Made by a program: the position numbers and the translations under genes. Shown here in pieces: positions 18,328 through 28,707 of a stretch of DNA of 64,000 bases. The notes under the pieces were generated by a model, which made no database searches, had not been told where the DNA came from, and worked only from the letters and a program-made list of their open reading frames with translations. How positions within the stretch are numbered: the stretch's first letter is position 1; each line of letters opens with the position of its first letter. The stretch is taken from positions 640,001 to 704,000 of the forward strand of contig CBDFGR010000002.1 of assembly GCA_965247115.1 (NCBI GenBank). Direction: 5' to 3'. The stretch is from Myxococcota bacterium. Its GTDB lineage: Bacteria > Myxococcota_A > UBA9160 > SZUA-336.

Positions 18328-20166
18328 TTACCCCAGAGACGACAGGCCGAGCTCGGCCAGCTTGTCCTGCGACGGCACGCCTTCTTCGTCCCAGCCCCGC
18401 GTCCGATAGTAGTCGGTGAGCATGGCGTCCAGGTTCACGGTCACACCCGCCGACGGACCTTCCGTGAAGGGCTCCTCCTGATACCGCTTGGGGATGGAGT
18501 CGTCCGCCTTCGTGAGGCCGGCTCTCAGATTCCAGAGCTTCTCCAGATTCCACGTTCGCTCCCCGACCTTGACGAAGTCGTCCGGTGTGAAGGGCACGCC
18601 GGTCGCGGCCGCCGTCAGCACGGCCATCTCCTCGAGCGGCGCACCCGTACCGGCGGCAAACGAGCACAGTCCCGTATTGTCGTAGACGGTGGTTCGGTCC
18701 TGCTCGTTTGCCACCCACTCGCCTTTGCCCTCCGGAGTGTGAGGGTCGTACTCGCCGGAGGTCTCGATCCCCGGAGTCCAGGCGCGCAGGTGGCAGCCGC
18801 CCCGGTTGCAGGTCGCGTAGGCGACGCCCATGCCCTGGAACCCGCGCGCATCGTACGCGGGGTATTCCTGGCCCTTCGAGCCGATGAACACCTCGGGATG
18901 ATCCAGCTTCTCCCCCATGCGCTTGGAGCCCTCTGCAATTTCGTCGCCAAAACCTTCTCGGTACGCAGTTGCCTCGATCATGCGAATCAGGGCCTTGCCT
19001 GAACCCCACTTCAGCGGGATCTCGACCTGATCGTCGCCGATGACACCGCGCTCGTAGAGCTCCATGGCGGCGGCCAGCGACGCGCCCATCGAGATCGGAT
19101 CCATGCCGAGATCGTTGCACAGCCAGTTGGCCATCAAGACGGCATCCAGATCCCCGACGCCGCAGTCGGCTCCTAACCCCCACGCAGCCTCGTACTCGGG
19201 GCCCTCACCGGCTCCCTTCCAGTTGCGCGGGTGCATGTTGACCATGTACTGGTCGGCTTCGTCGCCCAGACGGCAGACGCGGCCACACGCGATGGTGCAG
19301 GCGAAGCACGCCTTGTTCGTCACCAGGCGGTTCTCGACGATCGCGTTGCCGTTCAGGTTCTCCGCCTCCTCGAACTGGCCCTCCGTTGCGTTGCGGGTGG
19401 GCAGCCCACCGAAAGAGTTCGTGAGGTCGATCGTCGACGCGGTTCCCATCTCCGTGAACCCGGCGCGAGCTTCGCTGCCCGCCATCTCCGCGCGGACCTC
19501 CCAGAGCTTGCGCAGGAACGGCTCCGGGTCGGAGAGCTCGACCGCCCCCGTTCCCCGCACCGCGATGGCCTTGAGATTCTTGGAGCCCATCACGGCGCCC
19601 ACGCCGCTGCGACCGGCCGCACGGTGCTTGTCGTTAATGATGCAGGCGAAGCGGACGAGCTTTTCTCCGGCTGGTCCGATGCACGAGACCCGAAGCTGCG
19701 GGATCCCGAGCTGCTGGCGCAGGCCATCCTCCGTCTCGAAGACGCCCTTGCCCCAGAACTCGCTTGCGTCTCGCACCTCCACCTGGTCGTCGTAGATGTA
19801 GAGGTAGCTCGGCTTCGGAGCCGCACCTTCCAAGATCAGCAAGTCGTAGCCCGCGAACTTGAGCTCAGGTCCCCAGTGACCGCCCGAGTTCGAGGTCGTG
19901 ATCGCGTTCGTGAGCGCTCCCTTGGTCACCACCATGTAGCGCGCTCCGCAGGGAGCGGAGGTGCCCGTGAGGGGACCCGTCACGAAGAGGAGCTTGTTCT
20001 CGGGGGAGAGCGGATCGACGGTCGGGTCCATCTCCTCGAACAGGTAGCGATCCCCGAGGCCGCGACCTCCCACGTACTCCTCTTGCCACTGCCGCGGGAT
20101 GTCCTCGGTCTGGATCGAGCCGTCCGTCAGGTTCACGCGCAAGGCTTTGCCGGTCCAACCTCCCAT
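18328..20166 (-). CDS. aorB: Tungsten aldehyde oxidoreductase catalytic subunit
   Basis: GGRGLG, SNSGG, GRSGVGAVMGSKNLKAI, CFACTIAC, GPEYE, RGGCHL; start at ATG 20166. Confidence 0.95.
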   Translation of the reverse strand: MGGWTGKALRVNLTDGSIQTEDIPRQWQEEYVGGRGLGDRYLFEEMDPTVDPLSPENKLLFVTGPLTGTSAPCGARYMVVTKGALTNAITTSNSGGHWGPELKFAGYDLLILEGAAPKPSYLYIYDDQVEVRDASEFWGKGVFETEDGLRQQLGIPQLRVSCIGPAGEKLVRFACIINDKHRAAGRSGVGAVMGSKNLKAIAVRGTGAVELSDPEPFLRKLWEVRAEMAGSEARAGFTEMGTASTIDLTNSFGGLPTRNATEGQFEEAENLNGNAIVENRLVTNKACFACTIACGRVCRLGDEADQYMVNMHPRNWKGAGEGPEYEAAWGLGADCGVGDLDAVLMANWLCNDLGMDPISMGASLAAAMELYERGVIGDDQVEIPLKWGSGKALIRMIEATAYREGFGDEIAEGSKRMGEKLDHPEVFIGSKGQEYPAYDARGFQGMGVAYATCNRGGCHLRAWTPGIETSGEYDPHTPEGKGEWVANEQDRTTVYDNTGLCSFAAGTGAPLEEMAVLTAAATGVPFTPDDFVKVGERTWNLEKLWNLRAGLTKADDSIPKRYQEEPFTEGPSAGVTVNLDAMLTDYYRTRGWDEEGVPSQDKLAELGLSSLG

Positions 20167-20654
20167 CACTTGTCTCCTTTTGCGGCATTGCGGTAGTTCG
20201 TGTCCACGTCCTGGGCCCACGGCCCGAACCAGGCGCCCGTCTCGTCCTGATCCGTGAACTTGATTGCATCCGTCGGACAGGTCTTGACACAGGCCGGGTC
20301 GCCACCACACAGGTTGCACTTCGATGCCTTGCCGGTGTGCGGAAGTGTGTACACCGTTCCGAACGGGCAGGCGAGCGTGCAGAGATGGCAGCCGACGCAC
20401 ACCTCGTCCATCACGATCTTGGCCTGCGTCTCCGGCTCGACCGCGATGGCGTTGACCGGACAGGCGTTCATGCACCAGGCCTCGTCGCACTGGACGCAGG
20501 TGTAGGGCGCGTAGCTCGCCTCCTCGTCGAACACGTTGACGCGGATCAGGCTGTTCGACGGCTGAAAGGTGCCCGTCTGCACGAAGGCGCAGGCGAGCTC
20601 GCACTGCATGCAGCCGGTGCAGAGCTGGGGGACGATCTCCAGAGCCTTGGCCAT
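20166..20654 (-). CDS. aorA: 4x[4Fe-4S] electron transfer subunit
   Basis: CTGCMQCELAC, CVQCDEAWCMNACP, CVGCHLCTLACP, CNLC...CVKTCP. Confidence 0.92.
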   Translation of the reverse strand: MAKALEIVPQLCTGCMQCELACAFVQTGTFQPSNSLIRVNVFDEEASYAPYTCVQCDEAWCMNACPVNAIAVEPETQAKIVMDEVCVGCHLCTLACPFGTVYTLPHTGKASKCNLCGGDPACVKTCPTDAIKFTDQDETGAWFGPWAQDVDTNYRNAAKGDK

Positions 20655-20840
20655 CTCAACCTCCTCGACGGTTCTTCATATCATGGAGCATGGGGCGAAT
20701 TTCGTGAACTCTTTTCGATGCGGCCGGTTGGCCGCTGGACAGAGACGATAATACGACGGAATCGGGCCCCTGGCGACCCGGGCCCGCCGAGGCGAGAGCC
20801 TGGTATGCTGGCCCGAACACAATCCTGAGGAGGTCCCCCC

Positions 20841-21926
20841 GTGAAGGCAGCCATTCTGGAGGAGGCGAACAAGCCACTCTCGATCGAAGATGTCGACATC
20901 ATCGATCCGCGCCCCAACGAGGTGCTGGTCCGAACCGTCTGCAGCGGCGTCTGTCACTCCGACCTGCACTTTGTGGACGGGCTCTGGAGCCTCCCGCTGC
21001 CGACCGTGCTCGGACACGAGGCAGCGGGAATCGTCGAGAAGGTGGGCGACCAGATCAGCTACGTGAAGCCCGGCGACCGGGTCATCATGTCGTTCCGGCC
21101 GTTCTGCGGCTCGTGCTACTACTGCCTGTCGGGTCGGCCGAACCTGTGCAGCGACCAGACTCACAACGCGCTGGCGGCCTCGCGTCTGTCGCGCGGCGGC
21201 AAGCCAGTGCTGCAGTTCGCGAGCGTGGGTTCCTTCGCGGAGTACATGATCACCACCGAGAACGGCGTCGTGAAGATCCCGGAAGACATGCCCATGGCCG
21301 AGGCGGCCCTCATCGGCTGCGGCGTGATGACGGGCGTGGGTGCGGCGCTCTACACGGCGAAAGTGCCCGGCGGGGCCAGCGTGGCCGTGATCGGCTGCGG
21401 CGGCATCGGGCTCAACATCATCCAGGGCTGTCGGCTGGCTGGCGCGGGCCAGATCATCGCGATCGACGTTGTCCCGTCGAAGCTCGAGCTGGCGACCCGC
21501 TTTGGAGCGACCCACACGCTCGACGCGAACGATGTCGACTTGCGCGCAGCGGTCCGCGAGCTCTCCGATGGAGCGGGGGTCGAGTACGCCTTCGAGGCCA
21601 TCGGCAGCACCGACTGCGCGCGCCAGGCGTTCGACATCACGCGGGCGGGCGGAACGGCCGTCATCGTGGGCATGATGCCGCAGGGCTCGGAGATCAAGGT
21701 GCCGGGCCCCGCCTTCTTGCAGGAGAAGAAGATGATCGGCTGCATGTACGGCAGCACGCGCTTCCGCGAGCACATGCCCAAGCTGATCTCGCTCTTCCTG
21801 CAGGGCAAGCTCGACCTCTCGAGCCTCGTCAGCAGACGACTCGAGCTCGGTGGCGTGAACGAGGCGTTCCGCGCCATGAAAGCAGGCGAGGTCGCCCGCT
21901 CCGTCCTCGATATCAGCAGCGCTTAG
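20841..21926 (+). CDS. Zn-dependent alcohol dehydrogenase (class III-like MDR)
   Basis: GVCHSD, LGHE, CGSCYYC......C, IGCGVMTG, GCGGIG. Confidence 0.95.
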   Translation: MKAAILEEANKPLSIEDVDIIDPRPNEVLVRTVCSGVCHSDLHFVDGLWSLPLPTVLGHEAAGIVEKVGDQISYVKPGDRVIMSFRPFCGSCYYCLSGRPNLCSDQTHNALAASRLSRGGKPVLQFASVGSFAEYMITTENGVVKIPEDMPMAEAALIGCGVMTGVGAALYTAKVPGGASVAVIGCGGIGLNIIQGCRLAGAGQIIAIDVVPSKLELATRFGATHTLDANDVDLRAAVRELSDGAGVEYAFEAIGSTDCARQAFDITRAGGTAVIVGMMPQGSEIKVPGPAFLQEKKMIGCMYGSTRFREHMPKLISLFLQGKLDLSSLVSRRLELGGVNEAFRAMKAGEVARSVLDISSA

Positions 21927-23202
21927 CAGGCTGCGGAGAAAGTGACTGGTTGAGGGGTGGTCCTTCCGACGAGGGGGTTCACCGGCCGAGGGGCGGGGCG
22001 CGATTCCCGGTTCGAACCGGTCTTGGGCTCCGCTGATCGCGGGGCGGTTTCGCACATGACCTACGTGGCCTCCAGCAGCTTGCGGATCCGGATCAGGTTG
22101 TAGGCTGCGGCCGTGAAGGTGAAGACCCAGCCGACCCGATCCGTGCCGCGGTGTCGGGTCTTGCGCATCAGCCCCACGGTCTTCATCCAGCCGAAGACCT
22201 CTTCCACCCGTTTGCGAAAACGCTGACTCAGTTCGTAGCCCCGGTGGCGCGTCGTCCGCCCGTCGATCGCGCTGCGTCGATTCGTCGTGTTCTGCGCCAC
22301 GTGTGGGGTCACGCCCAACTCTCGAAGCTCTTCCACGAACCCCTTCGTGTCGAAGCCCTTGTCTCCGCCCAATGTCCTCCGACGCCCGCCTCCCAGACCT
22401 TCCACCATCTCGAGCGCCGCTTCGCGCTCCGCATATCCCGACGCCTGCGTGAGCTTCGCCGCGACCACCAAGCCGTTCCGGTTCTCCGTCACCACGTGTC
22501 CCTGGTACGCGAGTCGGGCGCCTTGGCCTCTCATACCGGCGAGTCGTGCGTCGGGATCCGTCGTCGACGCATGCGTCTGGTTGCTCCGCTTCTCGCCTCG
22601 GAAGTTCACCGTCGGGTTGCCCGGGTCATCGTCGTCTCTCCGTTCCTCGTCCTTCCGTACGAAGCTCTTCTGGCTCGCCCACGCCTCGATCAGCGTCCCG
22701 TCTACCGTGAAGTGCTCCAACGACACCCATCCCTCGGTCTCGGCCTGCTCCAGCACTGCGTCGAAGAAGTGCTCGGCAATCTCGCCCTTGAGCAGCCGGT
22801 CTCGGTTCTTCGTGAACACCGTGGCGCTGAACACCACCTCGTCAAGCTCCAGACCCACGAACCAGCGATACAGCAGGTTGTACTCCAGCTGCTCCACCAG
22901 CTGCCGCTCGCTCCGGATGGTGTAGAGCACCTGCAGCAGCAGGGCGCGCAGCAGCTGCTCCGGGGGCACGGACGGGCGCCCTACGCCTCTGGCGTAGATC
23001 GCGTCGAAGCGCGGCGATAGCCGCTGCAGCGCCGTGTCGACCATGCGCCGCATCGCTCGAAGCGGATGATCATCCGGAATCCGCGACTCCAGCGACACGT
23101 AGCTGAACATCCCGCCCTGAAGCGTCCCCTGTCCTCTCACGCCTCCCCCTTTGGGGCTCGCTCCCAAGGTACCCTTCGATGAGGAGTTTTTCAGCAGCCT
23201 GC
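21926..23202 (-). mobile_element. IS5-family insertion sequence (about 1.28 kb)
   Basis: IR GCAGGCTGCGGAGAAAGT (21926-21943) vs reverse complement of 23185-23202 GCAGGCTGCTGAAAAACT (15/18); TA on both sides (21924-25, 23203-04). Confidence 0.88.
22061..23140 (-). CDS. IS5-family DDE transposase
   Basis: MFSYVSLESRIPDDHPLR, GRPSVPPE, VDGTLIEAWAS, TDPDARL, GDKGF, RKRVEEVFGWMK; GTG start 23140. Confidence 0.95.
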   Translation of the reverse strand: MRGQGTLQGGMFSYVSLESRIPDDHPLRAMRRMVDTALQRLSPRFDAIYARGVGRPSVPPEQLLRALLLQVLYTIRSERQLVEQLEYNLLYRWFVGLELDEVVFSATVFTKNRDRLLKGEIAEHFFDAVLEQAETEGWVSLEHFTVDGTLIEAWASQKSFVRKDEERRDDDDPGNPTVNFRGEKRSNQTHASTTDPDARLAGMRGQGARLAYQGHVVTENRNGLVVAAKLTQASGYAEREAALEMVEGLGGGRRRTLGGDKGFDTKGFVEELRELGVTPHVAQNTTNRRSAIDGRTTRHRGYELSQRFRKRVEEVFGWMKTVGLMRKTRHRGTDRVGWVFTFTAAAYNLIRIRKLLEAT

Positions 23203-24780
23203 TAGGCGCGTCCGCAACCGAGTGGCGGCACCCGGGCTGCTCCACAGCCAGATCACTCGCCGGCGGTATCCGAGCTCTTCCGGATGCGTCGATGCCACGA
23301 GCCAGGGGCGCGTGGAGCCGTGTTCGGAGGGCAGCTGCTCGAAGGGGATGAAGCCGCGCCAGTCATAGTATCGGGACCCACCGATCACGGGGAGGAGCGT
23401 GGTCTGTACCGCGCGAATCGGTAGCTTGCCCGCGACCTGCCTTCCGATCTGCTTCGCATCCGCGTAAAGGAAGGTAGCCACCGGACCGGGGTAGCGTTCG
23501 AGCGAGGCTCGAAAGCCGAGCCAGCTCCCGGAGTGCTGGAGCGAGAGGAGCGCTTCGATGCCGCTACGCGGACCGCTGCCGACCCAGCGCAGCGCCAGGG
23601 CGCGCGCATTCGGATTTCCGGGGAGCAGCGTTCCGAGCAGCGGCCCGTTCCGCGTCGTCAGGATCTCCACTACTTCGTCCGGTGCGCCGGCGACGCGGAT
23701 GGTTTCATGACGGCTCTCGGCCGCGAGCCAGCGGCCGTTCAGCTCGTAGCGCGGCGGCGCCTCGGGATGCAGGTTCTCCTTCACCAGCTCGGTGACACTC
23801 GCGTGTGTCGCTACCTGGCCCCACGCGATCGCCCGACTCGTGCCCGTCCAGAACACCGGGATCCCGGGCCAGGTCGCTCCGGACAGCTCGAGCTTCGGCG
23901 TGTCCAGGTGCGCAACGTACGAGAGCGGCGGAAGCCCGAGCTCCGCGTGGGAGTCGATTGCCAGCAGCGGAGCGCCCGTGGCGGACCGTGCCCCGCCGAC
24001 GACGAACCCAAGACTTCCCACCCGGCCTCGAAGACCGACGTTGCGCGCCAGCGCGTCCGCCGTCTTTCCGAGCTCGAGCATGGTGCCCAGGGTGTCGTGG
24101 GCGCCGTCGCTCTGACGAACCGGGAAGAAGTCGCTTGACGCGACGCCCCCGAACCTCTGCACGAGCTCGTCGAGTAAGAGGCTGGCGCCGAGCGAGCGAC
24201 TCAAGAGCCAGCCGCGCAGTCGCACGATCGCCAGCGTATCCTCCGGCTTCCACGGCTCGGGGTTGTGGCCTAGCCAGCGGAACTCTAGCGGTGCCCGGAC
24301 CCGACCCGCGTCGACCTCTGCAAGCCACCCGTTCACGCCGTTGCTGTAGGCACCCAGAACCTCGCGGACCTCCTGGCTCACGCCGAGCCACTCTCCGTTC
24401 GCGGCGACAGCGATCGCGAGCGTACGCGCGAGTCGGTCCGCATCGAGCGCGGACGGACCGAAGAGCTCCGAAAGGCGGCCCCGCGCCGACATGCGCAGCA
24501 GCTCCATCTGCCACAGTCGATCCTGTGCGTGCGAAAACCCGAGCCCGAGGTATGCGTCCAACGCTTGCTCTGCCTGGATGTGAGGAACCGCAACACGATC
24601 CCGGACGATCTCCACACGGTCGCTCAAGCCAGCTACGCTGAGCCGCCCCTGCGCAGGCGGGCTCCCGTCCCGTGTCGCGCGCACGAGAGCAGCGCCCAGG
24701 AGACCCAGTACGACAACGCAGCCCAGCCCCGCAGCGATCAGGAGTCCGCGTCGCGCTCGGAGTTCGTCCGCGAGACTCAC
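23191..24780 (-). pseudogene. Penicillin acylase (Ntn hydrolase) homolog, 3'-truncated at the IS
   Basis: VPHI, GFSHAQDRLWQMEL, GS..FVVGGARSATGAPLLA; only 529 aa and the stop lies inside the IS inverted repeat. Confidence 0.85.
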
Positions 24781-25175
24781 GCCGCCGCGGGATCGGGCAT
24801 CTCGCCCTCGAGCACGACCTGGGCTATGGCGTGCGACCGAGTCAGCGAGGCACCGACGAGGACCCGCTGGAAACCCCGCCGCTTCGCGAACTCCAGCGCT
24901 CGCCCCGACAGGCGGAGCTCGAGCCCGTTCTCGGTTTCGAGCGTCTCGAAGTCTCGCCAGCCGACTCCGCGTCTCCAGCCTGTCCCGATCGCCTTCATTC
25001 CCGCTTCCTTGACCGCAAAGCGCAGTGCGAAGTGGGGCGTGGGGCGCCCGCGCTGCTGGCAGTCTCGCTGCTCGAGCGGCGTGAACAGGCGATCGCGCAG
25101 ACGCGCGCCTCGGCGGTCGAGGGCCAGCTGGAGTCGCGCGATCTCGAGCACGTCGATGCCTGAGCCCACAATCAC
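24777..25175 (-). CDS. acpS: Holo-[acyl-carrier-protein] synthase
   Basis: GSGIDV, RFAVKEAGMKAIGTG, A.AQVVLE. Confidence 0.92.
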   Translation of the reverse strand: MIVGSGIDVLEIARLQLALDRRGARLRDRLFTPLEQRDCQQRGRPTPHFALRFAVKEAGMKAIGTGWRRGVGWRDFETLETENGLELRLSGRALEFAKRRGFQRVLVGASLTRSHAIAQVVLEGEMPDPAAA

Positions 25176-25259
25176 CGCTGTTTCACTCTAGCACAGGTCA
25201 CGTCCGACCGCGCACCGCCTCCCTCACCTAAACCATTGAATTCAGGGAGTTTCCGAGGT

Positions 25260-25288
25260 TTGACGGGGTCAGGGCACGTAGCTATGCT
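25260..25288 (+). promoter_or_regulatory. Sigma70 promoter of the gap operon
   Basis: TTGACG-N17-TATGCT, 22 bp before the gap ATG. Confidence 0.7.
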
Positions 25289-25310
25289 GCGCCCTCAGAG
25301 GGAGGCGCTC

Positions 25311-26318
25311 ATGGCAACAAAAGTCGGGATCAATGGCTTCGGCAGGATCGGCCGCTGCGTGCTCCGCAGCGCTCTCGGCAGCGGGTCTTCGCTCGATTTT
25401 GTCGCAGTGAACGACCTCACCGACGCAAAGACCCTGGCTCACCTGCTCAAGTACGACTCGGTCCACGGCGCACTGGGAACGGAGATCGAGGCACTGGACG
25501 GGCGGATCCGGGTGGGAGACCGCGAGCTCCGTGTGCTCGCGGAGCGGGATCCCGGAAGTCTTCCCTGGGGCGAGCTCGGGGTCGAGGTCGTGATCGAGTC
25601 CACCGGCCTGTTCACGGAGCGCAGCGCGGCTGCCAGGCATCTGGAGGCAGGCGCCAAGAAGGTGATCATCAGTGCTCCCGCGAAAGATCCTGACATCACC
25701 ATCGCGCTCGGCGTAAACGACGAGGTGTACGAGCCGGATCAGCATCACGTGCTCTCGAACGCATCGTGCACAACGAACTGTCTCGCCCCGATTGCCAAGG
25801 TGCTGCTCAAGGAGTTCGGGCTCACCCGTGGCTGGATGACGACCACACACGCCTACACGAACGATCAGCGCATCCTCGACCTACCTCACTCCGACCTGCG
25901 ACGTGCGCGAGCGGCGGCGGTTTCGCTGATTCCCACGTCGACTGGCGCCGCCAAGGCCGTGGGGCTCGTGCTCCCGGAGGTGGCAGGAAAGCTAGACGGT
26001 ATCGCCATCCGCGTGCCTACATCCGACGTCTCGGTCGTCGACCTGGTGGCCGAGGTCGAACGAGAGGCGACGGGAGATCAGATCAATGAGGCGTTTCGCA
26101 AGGCTGCCGAGGGACCCATGAACGGCGTGCTCAGCGTCTGCGACGAGCCGCTCGTATCGATCGACTTCCTCGGCAACCCGCACTCCTCGATCGTGGACGC
26201 AGCCAACACCAAGGTGCTCGGCGGCAACCTGGTCAAGGTGCTCGCCTGGTACGACAACGAGTGGGGATACGCGAGTCGCCTGGTCGACGTCGCCGAGTTG
26301 ATCGCCTCCAAGCTGTGA
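25311..26318 (+). CDS. gap: Glyceraldehyde-3-phosphate dehydrogenase
   Basis: GINGFGRIGR, SNASCTTNCL, WYDNEWGY. Confidence 0.98.
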   Translation: MATKVGINGFGRIGRCVLRSALGSGSSLDFVAVNDLTDAKTLAHLLKYDSVHGALGTEIEALDGRIRVGDRELRVLAERDPGSLPWGELGVEVVIESTGLFTERSAAARHLEAGAKKVIISAPAKDPDITIALGVNDEVYEPDQHHVLSNASCTTNCLAPIAKVLLKEFGLTRGWMTTTHAYTNDQRILDLPHSDLRRARAAAVSLIPTSTGAAKAVGLVLPEVAGKLDGIAIRVPTSDVSVVDLVAEVEREATGDQINEAFRKAAEGPMNGVLSVCDEPLVSIDFLGNPHSSIVDAANTKVLGGNLVKVLAWYDNEWGYASRLVDVAELIASKL

Positions 26319-27472
26319 CCCTCGGGACTCGGTCCGTCACGGACCTGTCACTCGAGGGACAGCGCGTGTTTCTGCGAGCAGATCTGAACGTTCCGCTGCG
26401 CGACGGCTCCGTCGCCGACCCTACGCGCATCGCCGCCTCTCGAAAGACCCTGGAGTACCTGTGCAAGCATGGCGCTCGCGTGGTGCTCGCCTCTCACCTC
26501 GGACGCCCTCGAGGTCGGCCGGATCCGGCGTTCTCGCTGCGTCCCGTCGCGGAGGCCATGGGGCTCCCGCTCGCTCCAGACTGTGTGGGCAGCGAGGTGC
26601 AGCGTCTGGTGAATTCGCTTGCAAACGGAGAGGCACTGCTGCTCGAGAACCTGCGCTTCCACGCCGGCGAGACCGCCAACGCTCCGGAGTTCGTGACAGC
26701 GCTCGCAGGGCTCACGGACGTTTATGTGAATGACGCCTTCGGGAGTGCACATCGCGCGCACGCGAGCACCGTGGGCCTGCCGCGTGCGATTGCGCGCCGT
26801 GCTGCCGGGTTTCTGCTGGTGCGCGAGATCGAGGCGCTGTCGCGCATGCGCGACGCGCCCGAGCGACCGTACGTCTGCATCCTTGGCGGGGCGAAGGTAT
26901 CCGACAAGCTGGGCGTGCTCGACGCGCTCTGTCGACGCGCGGACATGGTCGTGATCGCCGGCGCCATGGCGTTCACATTCCTACTGGCGCGGGGCGAGCC
27001 CGTGGGCCGTTCGCTCGTCGAGCCCGATCAGCTGGAGACCGCGCAGCGGCTGCTTGACGCCGAGGTGAACATTCTGCTCCCGGTCGATCATGTCGTAGCC
27101 GCGTCACCCGACGCTGCCGACAGCGCGACGACGGTAGCGCGGATCCCGGAGGATCTCGCCGCTTACGACATCGGCCCCGCCAGCACTGAAGCAGTTGGCG
27201 AGCAGCTCCGCGGAGCGCGGACCGTCTTCTGGAACGGCCCCGTCGGGCTGTTTGAAACACCTCCCTTTGACCGCGGGACCCGCGCGGTGGCGGAGCTCGT
27301 CGCGCGGAGCTCGGCGTACACCGTGGTCGGTGGAGGCGACTCGCTTGCGGCCGTAGCGTTGACCGGGCTCGGCGACCGCATCTCCCATCTGTCGACTGGC
27401 GGTGGCGCCTCGCTCGAATATCTCGAGGGTCGCACGCTGCCGGGCATCCAAGCGCTCGAGGCGGACGAATGA
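26315..27472 (+). CDS. pgk: Phosphoglycerate kinase
   Basis: RADLNVP, SHLGRP, LENLRF, GGAKVSDK, STGGGASLE; GTGA overlap with gap. Confidence 0.97.
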   Translation: MTLGTRSVTDLSLEGQRVFLRADLNVPLRDGSVADPTRIAASRKTLEYLCKHGARVVLASHLGRPRGRPDPAFSLRPVAEAMGLPLAPDCVGSEVQRLVNSLANGEALLLENLRFHAGETANAPEFVTALAGLTDVYVNDAFGSAHRAHASTVGLPRAIARRAAGFLLVREIEALSRMRDAPERPYVCILGGAKVSDKLGVLDALCRRADMVVIAGAMAFTFLLARGEPVGRSLVEPDQLETAQRLLDAEVNILLPVDHVVAASPDAADSATTVARIPEDLAAYDIGPASTEAVGEQLRGARTVFWNGPVGLFETPPFDRGTRAVAELVARSSAYTVVGGGDSLAAVALTGLGDRISHLSTGGGASLEYLEGRTLPGIQALEADE

Positions 27473-28233
27473 GAACACCGATCATTGCGGCGAACTGGAA
27501 GATGCACAAGACGGCAGCCGAGGCGGCGAGCTTCGCGAAGGAGTTCAGGGATCTGCTCAGGAACCGGGACGGCGTCGAGGTCGTGATCGCGCCTCCCTAC
27601 CCTGCCCTGGCTGAGCTCGGACGCGCACTCGTCGGCAGCGGAGTCTCCCTTGCTGCTCAGAATGTCCACTCCGAGCCGAACGGGGCCTACACGGGAGAGG
27701 TTTCGGTGGGGATGCTCGCCGAGCTGGGTTGCAGCTACGTGATCGTAGGTCACTCCGAGCGGCGAGCTCTCTTCGGCGAGACCGACGCCTTCGTCAGCCA
27801 GAAGCTGCGCGCGACCCAGGATGGGGGGCTGCATCCGATCCTGTGTGTAGGGGAAACCCTAGAGGAACGAGAAGCGGGGCGGACCTTCGACGTGGTGGCC
27901 GAGCAGCTCAAGGGCTCTCTGGGCAACGCGGATCCCGCTCAGGCCGGGACTCTGGTAATCGCGTATGAACCCGTCTGGGCAATCGGTACGGGGCGGACGG
28001 CAACCCCAGAGATCGCGCAAGAGGTCCACGCCTTTGTCCGCGGCCAGCTCGAGCAGAGACTGGGGAAGGTCGCTGGGGAGATCCGCATCCTGTACGGTGG
28101 CTCGGTCAAGCCCGATAACGCCGCCGCGCTCCTCGCACAGCCCGACATCGACGGCGGGCTGGTGGGTGGCGCGAGCCTTGACCCCACGAGCCTGTGCGCG
28201 ATCATCCGCAATGGCGGTTCCGGGCAGGGATAG
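27469..28233 (+). CDS. tpiA: Triosephosphate isomerase
   Basis: ANWKM, GHSERR, AYEPVWAIGTG, LVGGASL. Confidence 0.98.
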   Translation: MRTPIIAANWKMHKTAAEAASFAKEFRDLLRNRDGVEVVIAPPYPALAELGRALVGSGVSLAAQNVHSEPNGAYTGEVSVGMLAELGCSYVIVGHSERRALFGETDAFVSQKLRATQDGGLHPILCVGETLEEREAGRTFDVVAEQLKGSLGNADPAQAGTLVIAYEPVWAIGTGRTATPEIAQEVHAFVRGQLEQRLGKVAGEIRILYGGSVKPDNAAALLAQPDIDGGLVGGASLDPTSLCAIIRNGGSGQG

Positions 28234-28250
28234 CCGCTCCGAGAGGATCG

Positions 28251-28682
28251 ATGGAAGTTCTGATCCAATCACTGCACCTGGCGACATGCCTGTGCCTGAT
28301 CGCGATCGTACTGCTCCAACACGGCAAGGGAGCCGACATCGGCGTCTCCTTTGGCGGCGGCGGTAGCAACACCGTCTTCGGAGCTCGGGGAGCCGGGAAC
28401 TTCCTGACCAAGCTCACGACCGGAGCCGCCGTCGTGTTCATGATGACGAGCTTTACCCTGTCGCGCATGGCTGGCGACAGCGGCGTCGCCGACATCCTCC
28501 AGGCTCCCGAGACGCAGGCACCGCTGGTGCCCGAGCCCCCGCCGTTCGAGTCGAGCTTTCCAGAAGCCGAGCCCCTGAGCGAGGGAGCTTCGGGCTTCGA
28601 GGGCTTCGAGGTGATCGACCCTCCGGTCGCGCCTGAGGCGACGGACGAAGGAGACCCCACCGGGGACGAGACTACGCCCTGA
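28251..28682 (+). CDS. secG: Preprotein translocase subunit SecG with acidic Pro-rich tail
   Basis: VLLQHGKGADIG.SFGGG...FG..G..NFLTKLT; conserved tpiA-secG-tRNA-Leu order. Confidence 0.95.
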   Translation: MEVLIQSLHLATCLCLIAIVLLQHGKGADIGVSFGGGGSNTVFGARGAGNFLTKLTTGAAVVFMMTSFTLSRMAGDSGVADILQAPETQAPLVPEPPPFESSFPEAEPLSEGASGFEGFEVIDPPVAPEATDEGDPTGDETTP

Positions 28683-28706
28683 GAAGGGTTGCGCCCTGAG
28701 AAGGGT
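28675..28706. repeat. Tandem 15-bp direct repeat CGCCCTGAGAAGGGT over the secG stop
   Basis: Copies at 28675-28689 and 28692-28706. Confidence 0.7.
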
Positions 28707-28707
28707 G

